From Eutreptiella sp. 'Long Island Sound 2002' (Eukaryota; Protista; Euglenida): 64,000 nucleotides of DNA. Numbering within the stretch: the stretch's first letter is position 1; each line of letters starts with the position of its first letter. Positions 37,255 through 50,800 of the stretch are shown here, piece after piece. The notes under the pieces were generated by a model that was given only the letters and a program-made list of their open reading frames with translations, did no database searches and had not been told where the DNA came from. The stretch covers positions 20,336,001-20,400,000 of the forward strand of contig OZ038378.1 in the NCBI GenBank assembly GCA_964036045.1, in the 5' to 3' direction. The translations under genes and the position numbers were made by a program.

Positions 37255-37535
37255 CTCCAGATTTCCAAGATCAGCTCCCCTATGGGGCCCCACAGGTGAG
37301 GATTTAGGCTTTTTCAGGCCGGCATGGGTTGGCTCAACAATTGCGATTTCTGGGTGACCTTCGATGACCCCAGGGACCCTTGGGCTCTTGTTGGGGTCCA
37401 GGTTTCCAAGATTGGCCCTATGGGGCCCAACGGGTGAGGACATCCCGGCCATTTTTCAGGCCAGCATGGGTTGGTTGAAAAATCTTGATTTCCGGGTGAC
37501 CTTCGATGACTTCAGGGGACCCTTGGGCCGTTGTT
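37255..37535. repeat. ~140-bp tandem duplication
   Basis: tttccaagat...ctatggggccc...gtgagga...gggtgaccttcgatgac...ggacccttgggc occurs twice. Confidence 0.85.
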
Positions 37536-37689
37536 GCATGATCATTTGGTGACTATGGGAGTATGTGTAAACCGAGGGGAGCCATGTAGCACCAAATAGG
37601 CCCTCCTAGTGGTGCGTATTGGCCCCCCAAGTTCGAAAACCCACTTACTTTGGACTGTTTGCAACCGTACAAAAACGGAAGTGATTTGA

Positions 37690-38870
37690 TGTTGGTTTAG
37701 TGTGAAAGTGAGGGTTGCCTCCAAAATCTCAAATCTTGACCCTGATTGGGGGTGGGATGATGTATGATAATGATGGGGGATCCCCAAATCGGAAATGTTG
37801 TGTCCAAAGCATAAGGACCACTCATACCTTGATGTTGGTTTGGTGTGAAAGTGAGTTTACCCCTGAGAATCTAAAATTGTGACCGTGATTGGGGATTGGA
37901 TGCTGGGTGAAGAAGATGATGGATGATCCCTGAGATGCTCACTCTCCACTTCAAAAGAACATTTACTCTGGGCCACCATACAAATTGGACCAATTCTGGC
38001 GTTGGTTGGGTGTGAAAGTGAGGGTTGCCTCCAAAATCTAAAATCTTGACCATCATTGGTGGCTGGATGATGAATGATGATGGAGGATCCCCAAATCGGA
38101 GATGTTGTATCTGAAGCAATTCTAAAAACCACTCATACCTTGATGTTGGTTGGGTGTGAAAATGAGTTTTGCCTTGAGAATCTAAAATTGTGCATGATTG
38201 GGGATTGGATGATAGATGATGGATGATGATGGAGGATCCCGAAATTGGAGATGTTGAGTCTCCGATTCGAAAACCCCCTTATAGTGGACTGTTTGCCACC
38301 GTACAAAACGGACGTGTCTTGACGTTGGTTTGATGTGAAACGGATTGCCTTTAAAATCTAAAAATTGCGACCCTGATTGGGGGTGGGATGATGGATGAGA
38401 ATGATGGAGGATCCCCAAATCAGAGATTCTGAATCTGAAATAATTCCAAAAAAAACGCTAATGCTTTGATGTTGGTTTGGTGTGAAAGTGAGTTTTGCCT
38501 ATCTACAATCTACAATCTACAATTGTCCCTGATTGGGGATTGGATGCTGGATGAAGACAATGATGGATGATCCCAAAATGTGAGATGCTCACTCTCCACT
38601 TCAAAAAAACGTTTACTCTGGGCTGTTTCTAAGCATACAAAGTGGACTGACGTGGTTGGGTGTGAAAGTGAGTTTTGCCTTGAAAATCTACAATCGTGAC
38701 CCTGATTTTGGGATGAGATGATTGATGATGATGATGGAGGATCCCTAAATCACGGATGCTGAATCTGAACCAATTTCAAAAACTACTTATACCTGTTTTG
38801 ATGTCCGTTTGGTGTAGCAATGAGTTTGGCCTGAGATGATGGATGATGCTAATGGATCTGATGGATGATC
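37690..38870. repeat. Degenerate minisatellite, about 8 units alternating short and long
   Basis: Anchor tgtgaaa (or variant) at 37701, 37844, 38011, 38155, 38334, 38481, 38661, 38813. Confidence 0.85.
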
Positions 38871-41800
38871 GCAAAATCAGCCACTTGGGGTTTTATTGCT
38901 CAGGGCAAATGCTCTGCGAGGTGAGTCTGCCAAAGGCAGTAGAGTTTCTGCTCTTGCCCGTGCAGCAGTCTGTGCCAGTGGTCCCTACGCACGTGCCTTC
39001 ACACGTGCTGTGGCTGTTTGCATGCGCCTGGGCATGTGCCCACACCTGTGTTTGTACCTGTGCTTGCACCTGTACTGCACCTGTGCCCATGCATGTAGCT
39101 GTGCCTGTTCCCCTGCTGGTGCCTGCATATTTACATGGGCCTGTGCATGTGCCTGCACCCATTTCTGGGCATGCGCCTGCGGCTGTACCCGTACATGTGC
39201 CTCTTTCGGGTTTGTGCCTGTTCCCATGTTGAAGCGTGATTGCATGCCCTGCGGTCCCCAACATCAGATTGTGCGGAGCCGATCTGCCATTGAGAGTCCA
39301 GATAAGGATGCGTCTTCACCGTCACGCTCCCTTGGGGGCAGCAGTTGCACTCGTCAGGGCAGCCTTTCAGGTCGACCTCATCTTGTGTTGTGCTGCTTTC
39401 AGGCGCTTGTCCCCCCCCCCCCCCCAAACTGCAGCCAGTGCATATTTTCCACTGTGCACACAAACGATGCACACTGCACACCGTGTGTACCCTAAGCGCT
39501 GCACATCCTGAGAGTTACTGAGTGTGCTGTGCAGCTACACCTTGCACACTGTGCAGACTGCACTCCCCACATTCGAGTCCCAAGCTTTCAACAATGGGGA
39601 GATTGTGGTCTTTACAACACACCCACCCTGCATGGAACCAGTAGCCTTCTTATGTTGCTCATCGGTGCCTCGCCATCATCTCGTTGCCATTGATGCCACT
39701 CTGTAACGTCCCCTATTCTTTTCCAGCGGCATCAGACCGGCCAACACAGAAATGCACGCTGCGTATTTTGCAAGCTATACACTGCACTTGGCACATGGCG
39801 CACTCTGCACTGCCTGACCTGTCCACTGTGTATTTTGTTCGATGACAGCCCATCCCGTGTCCTCTTCGGGGACCCCAAAGGGATGGCGGGGTGGGAGCAT
39901 GCGGCACCTGCATGTCGTGGCTTTGGCTCCGCACCGGAAGGTGACTATGGAGTAGGCCTGGCAGGCAAACCCGTGGAGGTGAAGGGACTTCGGAGCAAAA
40001 CCTCCACACTTCACTTGCGGTGGCCTTTCGTGGCGGAAGTCCTCTGTGTCTCTCTGACCTCGCTCTGACCTCGCGCCGGACATAATGCTGGCAGATGCGG
40101 CATGCGGGGCTGGTCCCCTGGCAGGCGCACCGCGCCTTTGCCTGGGGGCCCAGACCCGGCACCACAGGCTGTACTCCGCTGTACCCTCGGCTGTATCCTT
40201 GTTTTTGTGCTGCTCTGGGCGCGACACTGCCATTGTGCGCGACTTGCCTTGTCGGTTTCGCCCCCCCCCCCCCCCCTCTTGTGTGGCATTTTGTCCTGTG
40301 TTGGTTTCCTTATGGAGCCCTGAACAGTCACCTGTTTGTCCCTTCGGTGCTCGCGTTGGGCTATGTTGGCTTGTTTTCTCTGTAGGCCCTTGGCACCCTT
40401 GTCTAGTTTCTCCGTGGGGCCCTGACGAGTGCCACGTGCTTTTCGGGGTTTGCGCTGACGTGCAGAGTGGGGCCCAACAACTGGTCCATAGTACCTGCGG
40501 TGGGCGCTGTGGGGTGCGCTTCTTTGTTACAGACGCCCATCTGCCAGGCCCCACCTTTTCGCCGCGACCCTCCTCCACTCCGTAGTGTTTGCCACTCCTC
40601 GACTGGCTCTCCTTCCACCGCAACTGTCCGCTGTCCAGTGTGTGATGTGTCGCGGGTTTCACGCGCTTTGGTCGTGGCGCGGGTGTCGCGTGGGGCACAG
40701 TCCCAACTGCCCGCTGTCACGGCGTCTGATCTCCACCAGGGGCCACGCGGTGCCTCCCAAGGCGGCGGGCGTGGAGACATCCTTTGTGATCCCCCAGTGC
40801 CCCCCCAAACGTTCCTCAGGCAGACATCGGCACTGGTTGCTGGTAAACCCCTGTTTTGACTTGGGAAAGGAGTTTCCATCATCGGCGGTCTCATGAGCTA
40901 ACGCGAGCAAGTGGTTGGGTCTCGGGTGTGGGGGCAGGGGCTGTGGGATGTGTGTTGTGAGGTGGTGCCGGTGGTGTTGGGGAGGGAGTTGCAGTGTGCG
41001 GTGTGTAGTGTGGGGCACGGGGGAGTGGGGCTTGATGCGTGGGGTATGGCGGTTCCCTAGAGAGGGCGATGAACAGACACAGCATCTTCAAATCGGCATC
41101 CCACCGGTGAAAGACTTCAGGCATCTAGGCTTTGCGTTCAGAATGCGTATCGACACGGGCACACAGCGATGGGCATCACGACAGAAGAGACAGGGTATGG
41201 CACCGTGACTGCGCATTCGCGATGCCATGGTAGAGCAGTTCAAGCTGTGTGGTCACGCATGCGGAGCGTGGGCTGCGTATGTCAGGCCGACACACCGGTA
41301 CGAATGTTGATACAAATCGCAGACGCGTTCATGTTTGGATGAGGCATCGGGGATGAATTGTGTAGCGGGATACCGCCAGAGCTGTCCTGTAAGAAGAAGG
41401 TATTTTGTTTTTGCCCAGCTGAACGTGGCTGGCGGTTGGCGGTCGACCGACGGCAATTGGTGGTCAACTGACCCGGTTGGCCGGTAACCCACGGCCGGTG
41501 CTGATCAGCTGGTGCGCTGGTGAAGTCCAGGCACACTGGAGTGCAGCAGTTTTGTTTGTACGTGAAAGACAGGTACCACGTCAGTATTGCAACACCGGTG
41601 CTGTTTGCCGCTTATCTCTATTTTATGGACGCTCACGTCAGGTGCAGTTGCATTGAGTCGGCTGATGTTAGAGAATGATGCCCCACGGGACCCATGGCAA
41701 GGAAGTCCAAGGTATGACCGTTCAGTGTTGGGGAAGTGGAAGGGCTAGGAGGAACACACGAATGGTGACCTTCCAAGGGCCCATGAATTAGAATACTCGC

Positions 41801-43608
41801 TGGGCATGGGGGCATGACAGGGCCAGCGGCGCCGTGAGGGGTATGGCTGTACAGAGTTATGTACCGCAGCTATCATGCGAATATCGGCCTCAATGGAGGC
41901 GTTGGGCCCGTATTTTGTGTACTGTTCCGAGAGCTGTCTCCTCGGGGACGCCCTAAGGCAGGGAAACCCCACACACCAGCGATGTCCCCAGTGCAGAACT
42001 GAGATGATGGCATTACAACAAATCCGGATGGTTTTACTCTTCTCCACTTACATGGTTCCCCCCCTCCGCAGATTTTAGAAGAAAAATTGTTAGAGCAATT
42101 CCCCCCCCCCCCCCCCCGGGGGGGGTTCAACCATCCCCCCCTTCAAAGCAGCCAAAAGTTGGAACGAGAGGAACTGAAAATTGTGTTGGCGCCTTCGATG
42201 CCCAATGTGTGTGCACCCATGTTGCATGTGAAGCCACCATGACCAGTGGTACATCCTAGGAGCAGGGATGGTTGAGGCCCCTTGAAAGCTCCTGAGCCGT
42301 GAGCCGTGAGCTCCGTGAGCCCGCCTTTCTAGGCCACTTATCAACGAATGACAATTTGCCAGACAACCCCCGCCGCCCCACGTGATTTGCATGGCCTTTT
42401 TCATGGTTTTCATGGTCAAAGGAATGGGAAAACATTTGCCAGTGTGTGCATTTCAAAAACGGCTCCGGGCCTCGCCCGGCATGCGTGCATACAGTGCAAG
42501 GACTTAACGAATTTGTATCACTTGCACAAAGGAGATGGGTGTCCACTGAGCGGCCCCCTCGGTTTGGGAAGCGTGCATGGCCTACTGTAGCCCGTTGACT
42601 ATTTGGGGGTGGGTCTGGTATGATACGGTTTAGGTGTACTGCTTGTGCTGCATGCTGCTACACTGGCACAAGCGTGAGTTGTATCCGCCTGGATGTTTGG
42701 CATGCTGCAACACCCTTTTGAGGAACTGCATGCACCGCATGCGGGCTACCGGGCTGCCACGGTTGCGTGTTGCCGTTGCAGCTGTCTTTCCCGTGCCTGT
42801 TGCGAAATTTCGTTGGCACGGCCATGGGGTGCGTACCCGGCAGCCACACATCGACTTCACTTTGCCAAGTCATTAAAACTTTTTTTTTGCGTGTGCTTCC
42901 TGATGGATGGTGTGGTCGGACAATGGCAGAAGGTCCGCGGATACGATGTAGGCTCATGTTGATGCAGTATTTCTGCGTGTATCACAGCAAACAAAGCCAT
43001 GTAACAAGTGCCCACTCCGTCGATGATGCTTATGACACAGAGATGGGGCATGTGCCCGACGAGGATGCTGATGCAGCGAGGTGCCCAACTTTGTCCAGCT
43101 CATTTGCATGTGCAATGGTTATGCTATTGGCCCTTCAGGGAAATCGCACACTGGGAACACCTTCCCGACTTCTGAGTCATGTCGCAAGAAATCAACATTC
43201 AGATGTGTAGTTGATCCAGAATTTGGGGTCATGTTGTCAGTTTGCAAAGTCTGACGCCGAAAAACATGACCGCCCCCTCAAAGATGCGCTGTATCTGCAC
43301 CCTCTCCCGCACGCTCTACCTAGTGGACCTGCACACTACCACATCAGTGACTCCAAATCATTCCATTGCCATGAACACCAGATGCAAGCCCAAAGCAACA
43401 AAACGGTTGTCCCCTTGAGTACCTTGCCAATTACCCGCCATGCAAACACTTTCATGAGAATACTTACATGAAGGAAAGGGGGTGACTGTGGCACACTGGA
43501 GGGCTGCAGAAGGGAGAATCCACATGGCAGATGTACAGATGCACATGGTCAACTCCGTTTGAGGTGAACCGTCGTGTCAAATGCGTTTGATTGCGTATGT
43601 GCGCGCGT

Positions 43609-43652
<44 letters not shown>

Positions 43653-44904
43653 TATTTATTATCACTCCCTCCTCCCCATTTGCCGCTGCTGCTGGCCAAG
43701 CCATTTTGGGTATCTGGTCGTTCAGGCTGTCAACAGTCAGGCGCCACATGTGGCAACAAATTTCAATGCTGCCCTTTTCACGGGGTATCCTAAAAGTAGG
43801 CAAATATCCACCCGTCCGGAATCTCTCTCAGGGCAACTCCAACGCCGGGGCTGGACCGATCAGCTTTGGGTCCGGACTGGGGGATTCAGGTGTTCAGGGC
43901 ATCAACGGAAAAAAGCCTGAATCCCAAAGCATAGCGGCAGCCGAAAGCCCAGGCCAGCACACAGCCTCGCAGCAGAAATACTCAGGGGCGTCGACCAACA
44001 AAGCAGACCAAGGAGAGCAACAGCGGCACGGGCGACAGGGTCGACTGGGGCCAACAGATTTGGTGATGACTGTCAGGGCCCCGTGAATCGTACAGGAAGG
44101 GCTCGGGGTGTGTGGGAGGGGAAGCAGCCCTAACCTCTTTATGCACTGCTGAGGACCAGGCCGCCTCGGCCCTCGTGCAGTTCTGCCTGTCTTCTGCAGT
44201 TCCTCGCCTGCGGAGGCCTGTGCCTCGCACCAGCCTTCACCGGACGCAGGTGTGTTGTATGTGTGTGTGTGTGTGTGTGTGGGAGACCAGTTTTGGTTCT
44301 GGTTTCCCTCACGAAGTGTGTGTCTGTGCGCGCGCGCGTGTGTGTACGCGTGCATGCAAGCGTGCGTGCGTGCGCTTGTCTGTGCGTGCCTCTGCAGGCT
44401 TCAGATGGGCGCAGGATGTTGAGTTCAGTAAAGTGCATGAGTGTTTGATTACCTCGAAACGGCGTCATCACGTGCGTCTGACGGTGCCGTTGCGTGTGGC
44501 TCCGGTGCCTCGACAGTCGGCTCATACAGCCTTCTCTACCTCATGGCTCTCCCCACGGAATGGGGTTGGTTCCTCCGCGGTTTGACAAAGGGCACGGTCC
44601 AGGTGGCAGCACCGCGTTTAACGTACGGCGGTGGGCGATCACATACAACAGTTGATGATTCGCTGACCGCGGTTAATGGACGGCAGCCAGTGGGTATTAC
44701 GGGGCACGAATTCTATTCGTGTAGTGATGGGCCCACAGGTCGACATGGTAGCCCAGCCCCGCCCCGCCCCACCGCCTGTGCGCAGCGAGGGGTCAATGGC
44801 AGCCACGCCGTTCCCCACCGCTCTGTGCAACGAGGAGTCCACCGCTTGGCATGGCAGTGAGGACCGCCCCCTGGCGCACGACCGGGCGTCTCGCCAACCA
44901 TCGG

Positions 44905-44980
44905 TGGTGAACCTGGGGTTCGAACCCTCGACCTTGGGACCTTCAGAGGCCGTGGCTGAACGCCATTCGTCGATCGGGTA
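44905..44980 (-). repeat. Degenerate tRNA-like sequence (Phe-GAA-like; SINE head or tRNA pseudogene)
   Basis: Minus strand reads CTGAAGG-TCCC-AAGGTC-GAGGGTTCGAACCCC...CACCA: an anticodon loop, variable loop and B-box like tRNA-Phe. The acceptor stem and D-arm do not pair. Confidence 0.35.
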
Positions 44981-45360
44981 GCTGCTTCAAGCCATGGGGG
45001 AATCAGGTGATTCGTAGAACAGAATCTCTTTCGATTCTGCGTCCTCTCCTGCTCGCCCAAAACAACACACAAAAAGAGCACTTTACACATTTCTATTGAG
45101 ACGTGAACTGTTGGCCCACGCCAATGACAAAGCAAATGTGTGTGTTTCAGTCGGGTTTACCTACATGTGCTTTGCATGTGGGCTAGTACTGAGAGCATCG
45201 GAAAGTATCAAAGATCGCATTTGCAGCATGTTTGCCACCCTTTTGATGCGCTTTCGACCACCAGTTGGCCATTGGGTTCTTGGGGTGGGGGGAGGAGGAG
45301 GGGGTGCGCGACATGGGCACCCAGGAGCGCCAACAGACAGGGGGAGGATCAACACGGACA

Positions 45361-45626
45361 CACGGAGATGTGAAATCCTCGTACGGGGGGGCAGGTGGGT
45401 GGGACAGGAGGGGGTGCGCGACAGGGGCACCCAAGAGCGCCAACAGACAAGGGGAGGAGCAACACAGAACGCGGGAGCCACACCAAGAGGGACAAGGGCG
45501 GGCACACCAGACAAGGAGGAGGGGCACAGCAAGGCAGGAGAGGCAACCAGAACAGCAGGAACAGGGAACCAGAATGGAGCGAATGGTGGAGCGTGCGCAT
45601 GGGAGGCAGCGACAATAACGGGGATG
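45361..45626. repeat. Inverted copy of the repeat at 1-264
   Basis: Direct alignment by eye. Confidence 0.9.
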
Positions 45627-45789
45627 GCTTGGCCAGCCAGCCCTGTCGCTACCGGGTGCCAGGGCAACCCCTGCTCAACCGGCATCAGGTGGGGGGTGTC
45701 TCCCGCAGCCCAGATGGGCTGTTTGCGCAACAGGAGCGGGAGCTCATCAGGGGCACACCAGCCGTGAGGGGGAAAAGGACATATGGTGG

Positions 45790-45907
45790 ACGGCCGGGAC
45801 AGCGCGTGGAGGAACAGGGCACCTGGGCCTCACGCACACAGAAAGACACGGCCGGGACAGCGCGTGGAGGAACAGGGCACCTGGGCCTCACGCACACAGA
45901 AAGACAG
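45790..45907. repeat. 58-bp exact tandem duplication within a dispersed repeat
   Basis: acggccgggacagcgcgtggaggaacagggcacctgggcctcacgcacacagaaagac occurs twice. Confidence 0.95.
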
Positions 45908-47689
45908 CGAGGCAGGCTACGGACGGCCTGTGGACAGAGGCGCGTGGACAGCAAAAACAGTCGAACGACCCCGCCAACAACCAGCACATCCTCAATACGC
46001 AAATTATTGGGTGCCACTGACGCGCAAACGGCACACCATGCCACATTCAGCACAGCCCCAACACACCAACTACTGGGCTCCGCGAACGCGGAAACACCAC
46101 CAGCAAGAGCACTGGCCGCAGCGGCCGACAGAAAGCAGCGACCCGACGCAACATGCGAAGGGAAGAACGGGTGACTGTCCAGGGCCCCGTAAAGGAGCAA
46201 CAACCAGACGGAATGTCACACAGGGGGAGGAGGGGCTGGTGCACGCGCTGCAATTTTCAGCCTCTTTGGACCCGGGGTCACGACTGCAAGAGTTGTGTGC
46301 TCTAACCTCTTAACTGACTGGAGTCTCCCTGTCGCCAGCAGTTGCTGGTCGGCAGGCGCTTTGGCGGTCTGACATTTTCCGATTCGGTCCTCCATCAAGG
46401 ATGGCCCTGCTCTGGCCGTGTGCTGTATACTCCTTCGCCCCTGTCCCCATCGCGCCACATCTCTGCGGATTCTCGCTGATGCTGACGTGTGCAGGTCATC
46501 CGCTGGAAGACTATCAACCCCAAAGCCCACGGGGCTACGGTCCCCAAAGCCCCGGTGTGCCTGACTGCTGGCGCTGTTGTCGTACCCCCTCAGGGCCTTA
46601 TGGCAGGCGCGGGTGCCACTGAAGAGGCGGTTCCAGGGTTGTGTTCCTCCGCCTCCCAGTGTGGTCCTGAGGCCAGGGCGGTAAGAGGGAGTTGGTGGTT
46701 TGCTTTCGTTTCAGGACCGTCCGTCGTCGGGTGACATCGAAGGGCCGCCAGTGACCGACTGAGTTGCTGGCCGACTGCCTGCACTCCCTGGGGCGGGTAA
46801 CCGACCGCAGTTGCTGATACCCAACGTTTTCTTGACGTTGGTGTGTACCGCAGCCGGGCAGTCATTTCCTCGTTTTTTTGGGGGGGAGGGGACGCGTTGC
46901 AAAGAAAAGGGCGTCTTTTTCGCAGCTGCTCTTTACGGCATGCTGCATCCCCCCCACCCCACCACCCACCCACCTTGTTTGCATTTCTTGCCGGTTTGGT
47001 GGCCCCCAGAGCTTCCTTGCTTCTTCCTATATTGTTGCCCTCTGTTTCAGATATACATTTTTCTGTCCCCGCTGTCATCCATCCTTCAGCGGTTGATGTT
47101 ATGTGGGGGGGATGGTGTGATGCCAAGTAGCAAGACCGTACCATGAGCTACTCCACACCTCTATCCGTATTTGTGGGTACCAGAGCTCTGATGAGCAACC
47201 CCCACAGCAGCCCCGTGGGTAGCATGAGTTCTGAGCCCGATGTGTTGCACACTGCCCTGTCTCTTGGTTGCACATTAGCAATAGGGTTTTCATTTCTTTG
47301 TCCGCCTTTTTTCCGGTACTTTTTTGTTTGCACGGCGCATTTTGAGGAGTTGATATCGGTTGTGGCCCCCCATGACATCCCTTAAATTGGGACATTTCCT
47401 GAAAACCTGTGGAAAAGTGAGGGCATTGGGACTCCCACTGTGCCCTGCGGGGATGCACCCGTCGGAGCTGCTGGCACAAGAGATGTGCCTCCATTGGGCT
47501 GTGGGGCCAGCGTCCCTTGATCACCTCCGCCGTGTCCTCTTTAGAGGCGCCAGACGTACAAGGCAAAGGGGGGGCGGGCGCCACGAAACCCCCACACAGC
47601 GCAAAGCAACATGACGCCCTGAAGGACGGTCTATGCCACGCCACGCAGCAGTCTGGGATGCTTCGAGGGCGCAATGGGCTCACCCGAAA

Positions 47690-48724
<1,035 letters not shown>

Positions 48725-50479
48725 GCAGCCACCGCGCGCGGGTTTGGGAAGAGGCGTGTAGGTGAGGAAATTTGCCACCAACAAAATCCGACCGCGAGCG
48801 CCGCTCGCTTTCTTCCCCGACAACGGGGGGCAGGCATGCGACATGCCCCGCCAGCACCCGGTCATCAGGCGTGGTGCGGTCTGTGTTGGGCTGTGTTTGG
48901 CGGAATGTTCCTTTCTGGAACGTGCCTCACACCGCAGCCTTTGGGCTGGCCGCTCAGCGAGCGCGACACACGACTGTTACCTGCGGGTTTGTGTGGGTGT
49001 GTTGGGGCTGGCTCGGGGCCCTTCTAAAGGGCCAGCCCTCGTCGTTTGCGACTGTGCCGGTCGCCGGCCCGCCCGCAGTCTCACTGTGCATCTCCTGCCT
49101 CCGGTCTCGACAGCGGTGCCCAGCGAATGGGCCAATGTCCAACGTAATCTTGCACCAACGTTCACGTACCCCCTCGCGGTTGTGTGGAGTGCAGCGGGCA
49201 GCCCCGTGCGACTTTGTTACAGCATGACCCGTGCCTCTTGTCCACATCACAAACCTGATCCGCCGTCGTATCCATTTGAAGGGAGTGATCAGTACGCTCA
49301 CAAGAGCGCGTCGCGCGCGTCCTCCATTGCTTCCCCGACGGAAATGGCGGCTGATCAGGTGTGGCTGGGTGGGGCCTCCCCTTCCCTTTCCCCTGCCCTC
49401 ACTCCTCCCCTCGTTCCTTCGTTTCCCAAGCAGGCTGAGCAGGTTGCGCTTGAAGGGTGGGGGAGGGGTCCCCGGTCACCTCTTTGGGGTGTGACTTTGG
49501 AGGGGGTATCCCCGGTCTCACTTCTGGGCCGGGTATGGGACTCATGGCGGGCTGCGGTAGGTGGTAGACTGGGGGTAGGTGGGTTGGTGAAAAGGCAACG
49601 GAGGTGGCATGCACAGGGGGAGGGGGGGAAGGTGGGCACAGCGTGCACTTTTCAGGCAACAATCAGGAGGAATTAAAAACATTTTTTTTTAGGAGGTTTG
49701 CGGTCATTCTTGCGTATCCATGCGCCCATTTGCGAAGTTTTAGTTTTGGGGGCTGAATCAAGTGGAAAGGAACTATGGGTGGCTACTGCAGCGATCTTTT
49801 GGCGCCTTACGTGCAGACATGGAGCTTGACAGCGTTGTTCGCTGCGAGTTCTTTGCAACGTTCCCGGCACAGTTCACATCTCACCTGGGCCTGAAGTCCT
49901 TTAGTTTTGACCAGTTCTCGGTTGACCGAAGTAGCAGGAAGGTCCGTCTGAGGGAAGTATTCGGTAACTTATTCTGCGAAAACACTTTGCTTCATGTGTA
50001 GCTCTTGAAGCCGGCCACACATAAGGTCTCAGTATTGAGTACATCGGGTGAATCAGCACCATTTGGTTCCGCCGGCGCTTCTTTTTCAACCTCGATAGAG
50101 GGGACACTCAATGCCTTGTGATTCACCCTCCACTTATTCATGGCCACATGTTCAAGTGCACTGGAATGTACTGTCGTGTGATTCCCATTACGGCAATGCA
50201 ATAACCCCCCCCCCCCCCCACTGAACCCCTATCTGGGGGGGCAGGGGAGATGGTCACCCTACTTTCCACCACAACCAAGTGGCGTGGAGGTGGTGCTTCT
50301 GAATGACTCAGCAGGGATGCCGGAGGGGGGCGGCAAGGGGGTTTCAAATGCGGTTGCAAACTGCGTCCATCAAAACAATGGGTCTCTAGCATCCTCCTCT
50401 TCTTTCTGTTCCAGGACCTGGTGGCATCTACGGAAGTGCAATTGCGTTGGGAAGAGGGGGAAATGCCACGAAACAGATG

Positions 50480-50800
50480 ATGGAGCAGAACAACACATGG
50501 GGCGGGGTTGGAACGAAGGGTTGGCCTCAAGTGCAAGAGAAAAATTTTTCGCAGGATGTTAGAAACTTCCGGGAGTAAGGGGGGGCTGCACCCAGAGAAA
50601 TTGGAGGAAACAGTCTCCCACACGATGAGGCATACCAATTTGGATCTTGTTGATATTTCACAGGGCGCGTGCGCGCGCCATCCATTGTGGACCGCGGGGG
50701 GTAATATCAGCAAAACAGATATGCACAATTCGGTGTCAAGCAAGTTACAGTGTGCATGTGTTGGGAAGGATGACAGACAGCGATGTATTCGAACCGCTGA
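50480..50800 (+). mobile_element. Possible decayed LINE apurinic-type endonuclease
   Basis: MGRGWN...NLDLVDI...LWTAGGNISKTD...VSSKL resembles GDxN...LVD...TW...SRIDxxxVS. An in-frame stop lies between the motifs. Confidence 0.3.

Larger units (their letters stand above)
44398..46554 (+). other. Candidate downstream exons of the kinesin gene (44398-44483, 46495-46554; also 44200-44249)
   Basis: Good cag/gt boundaries and compatible phases give SSPAEACASHQPSPDAG-FRWAQDVEFSKVHECLITSKRRHHVRLT-VIRWKTINPKAHGATVPKAP. No homology was recognised. Confidence 0.35.
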
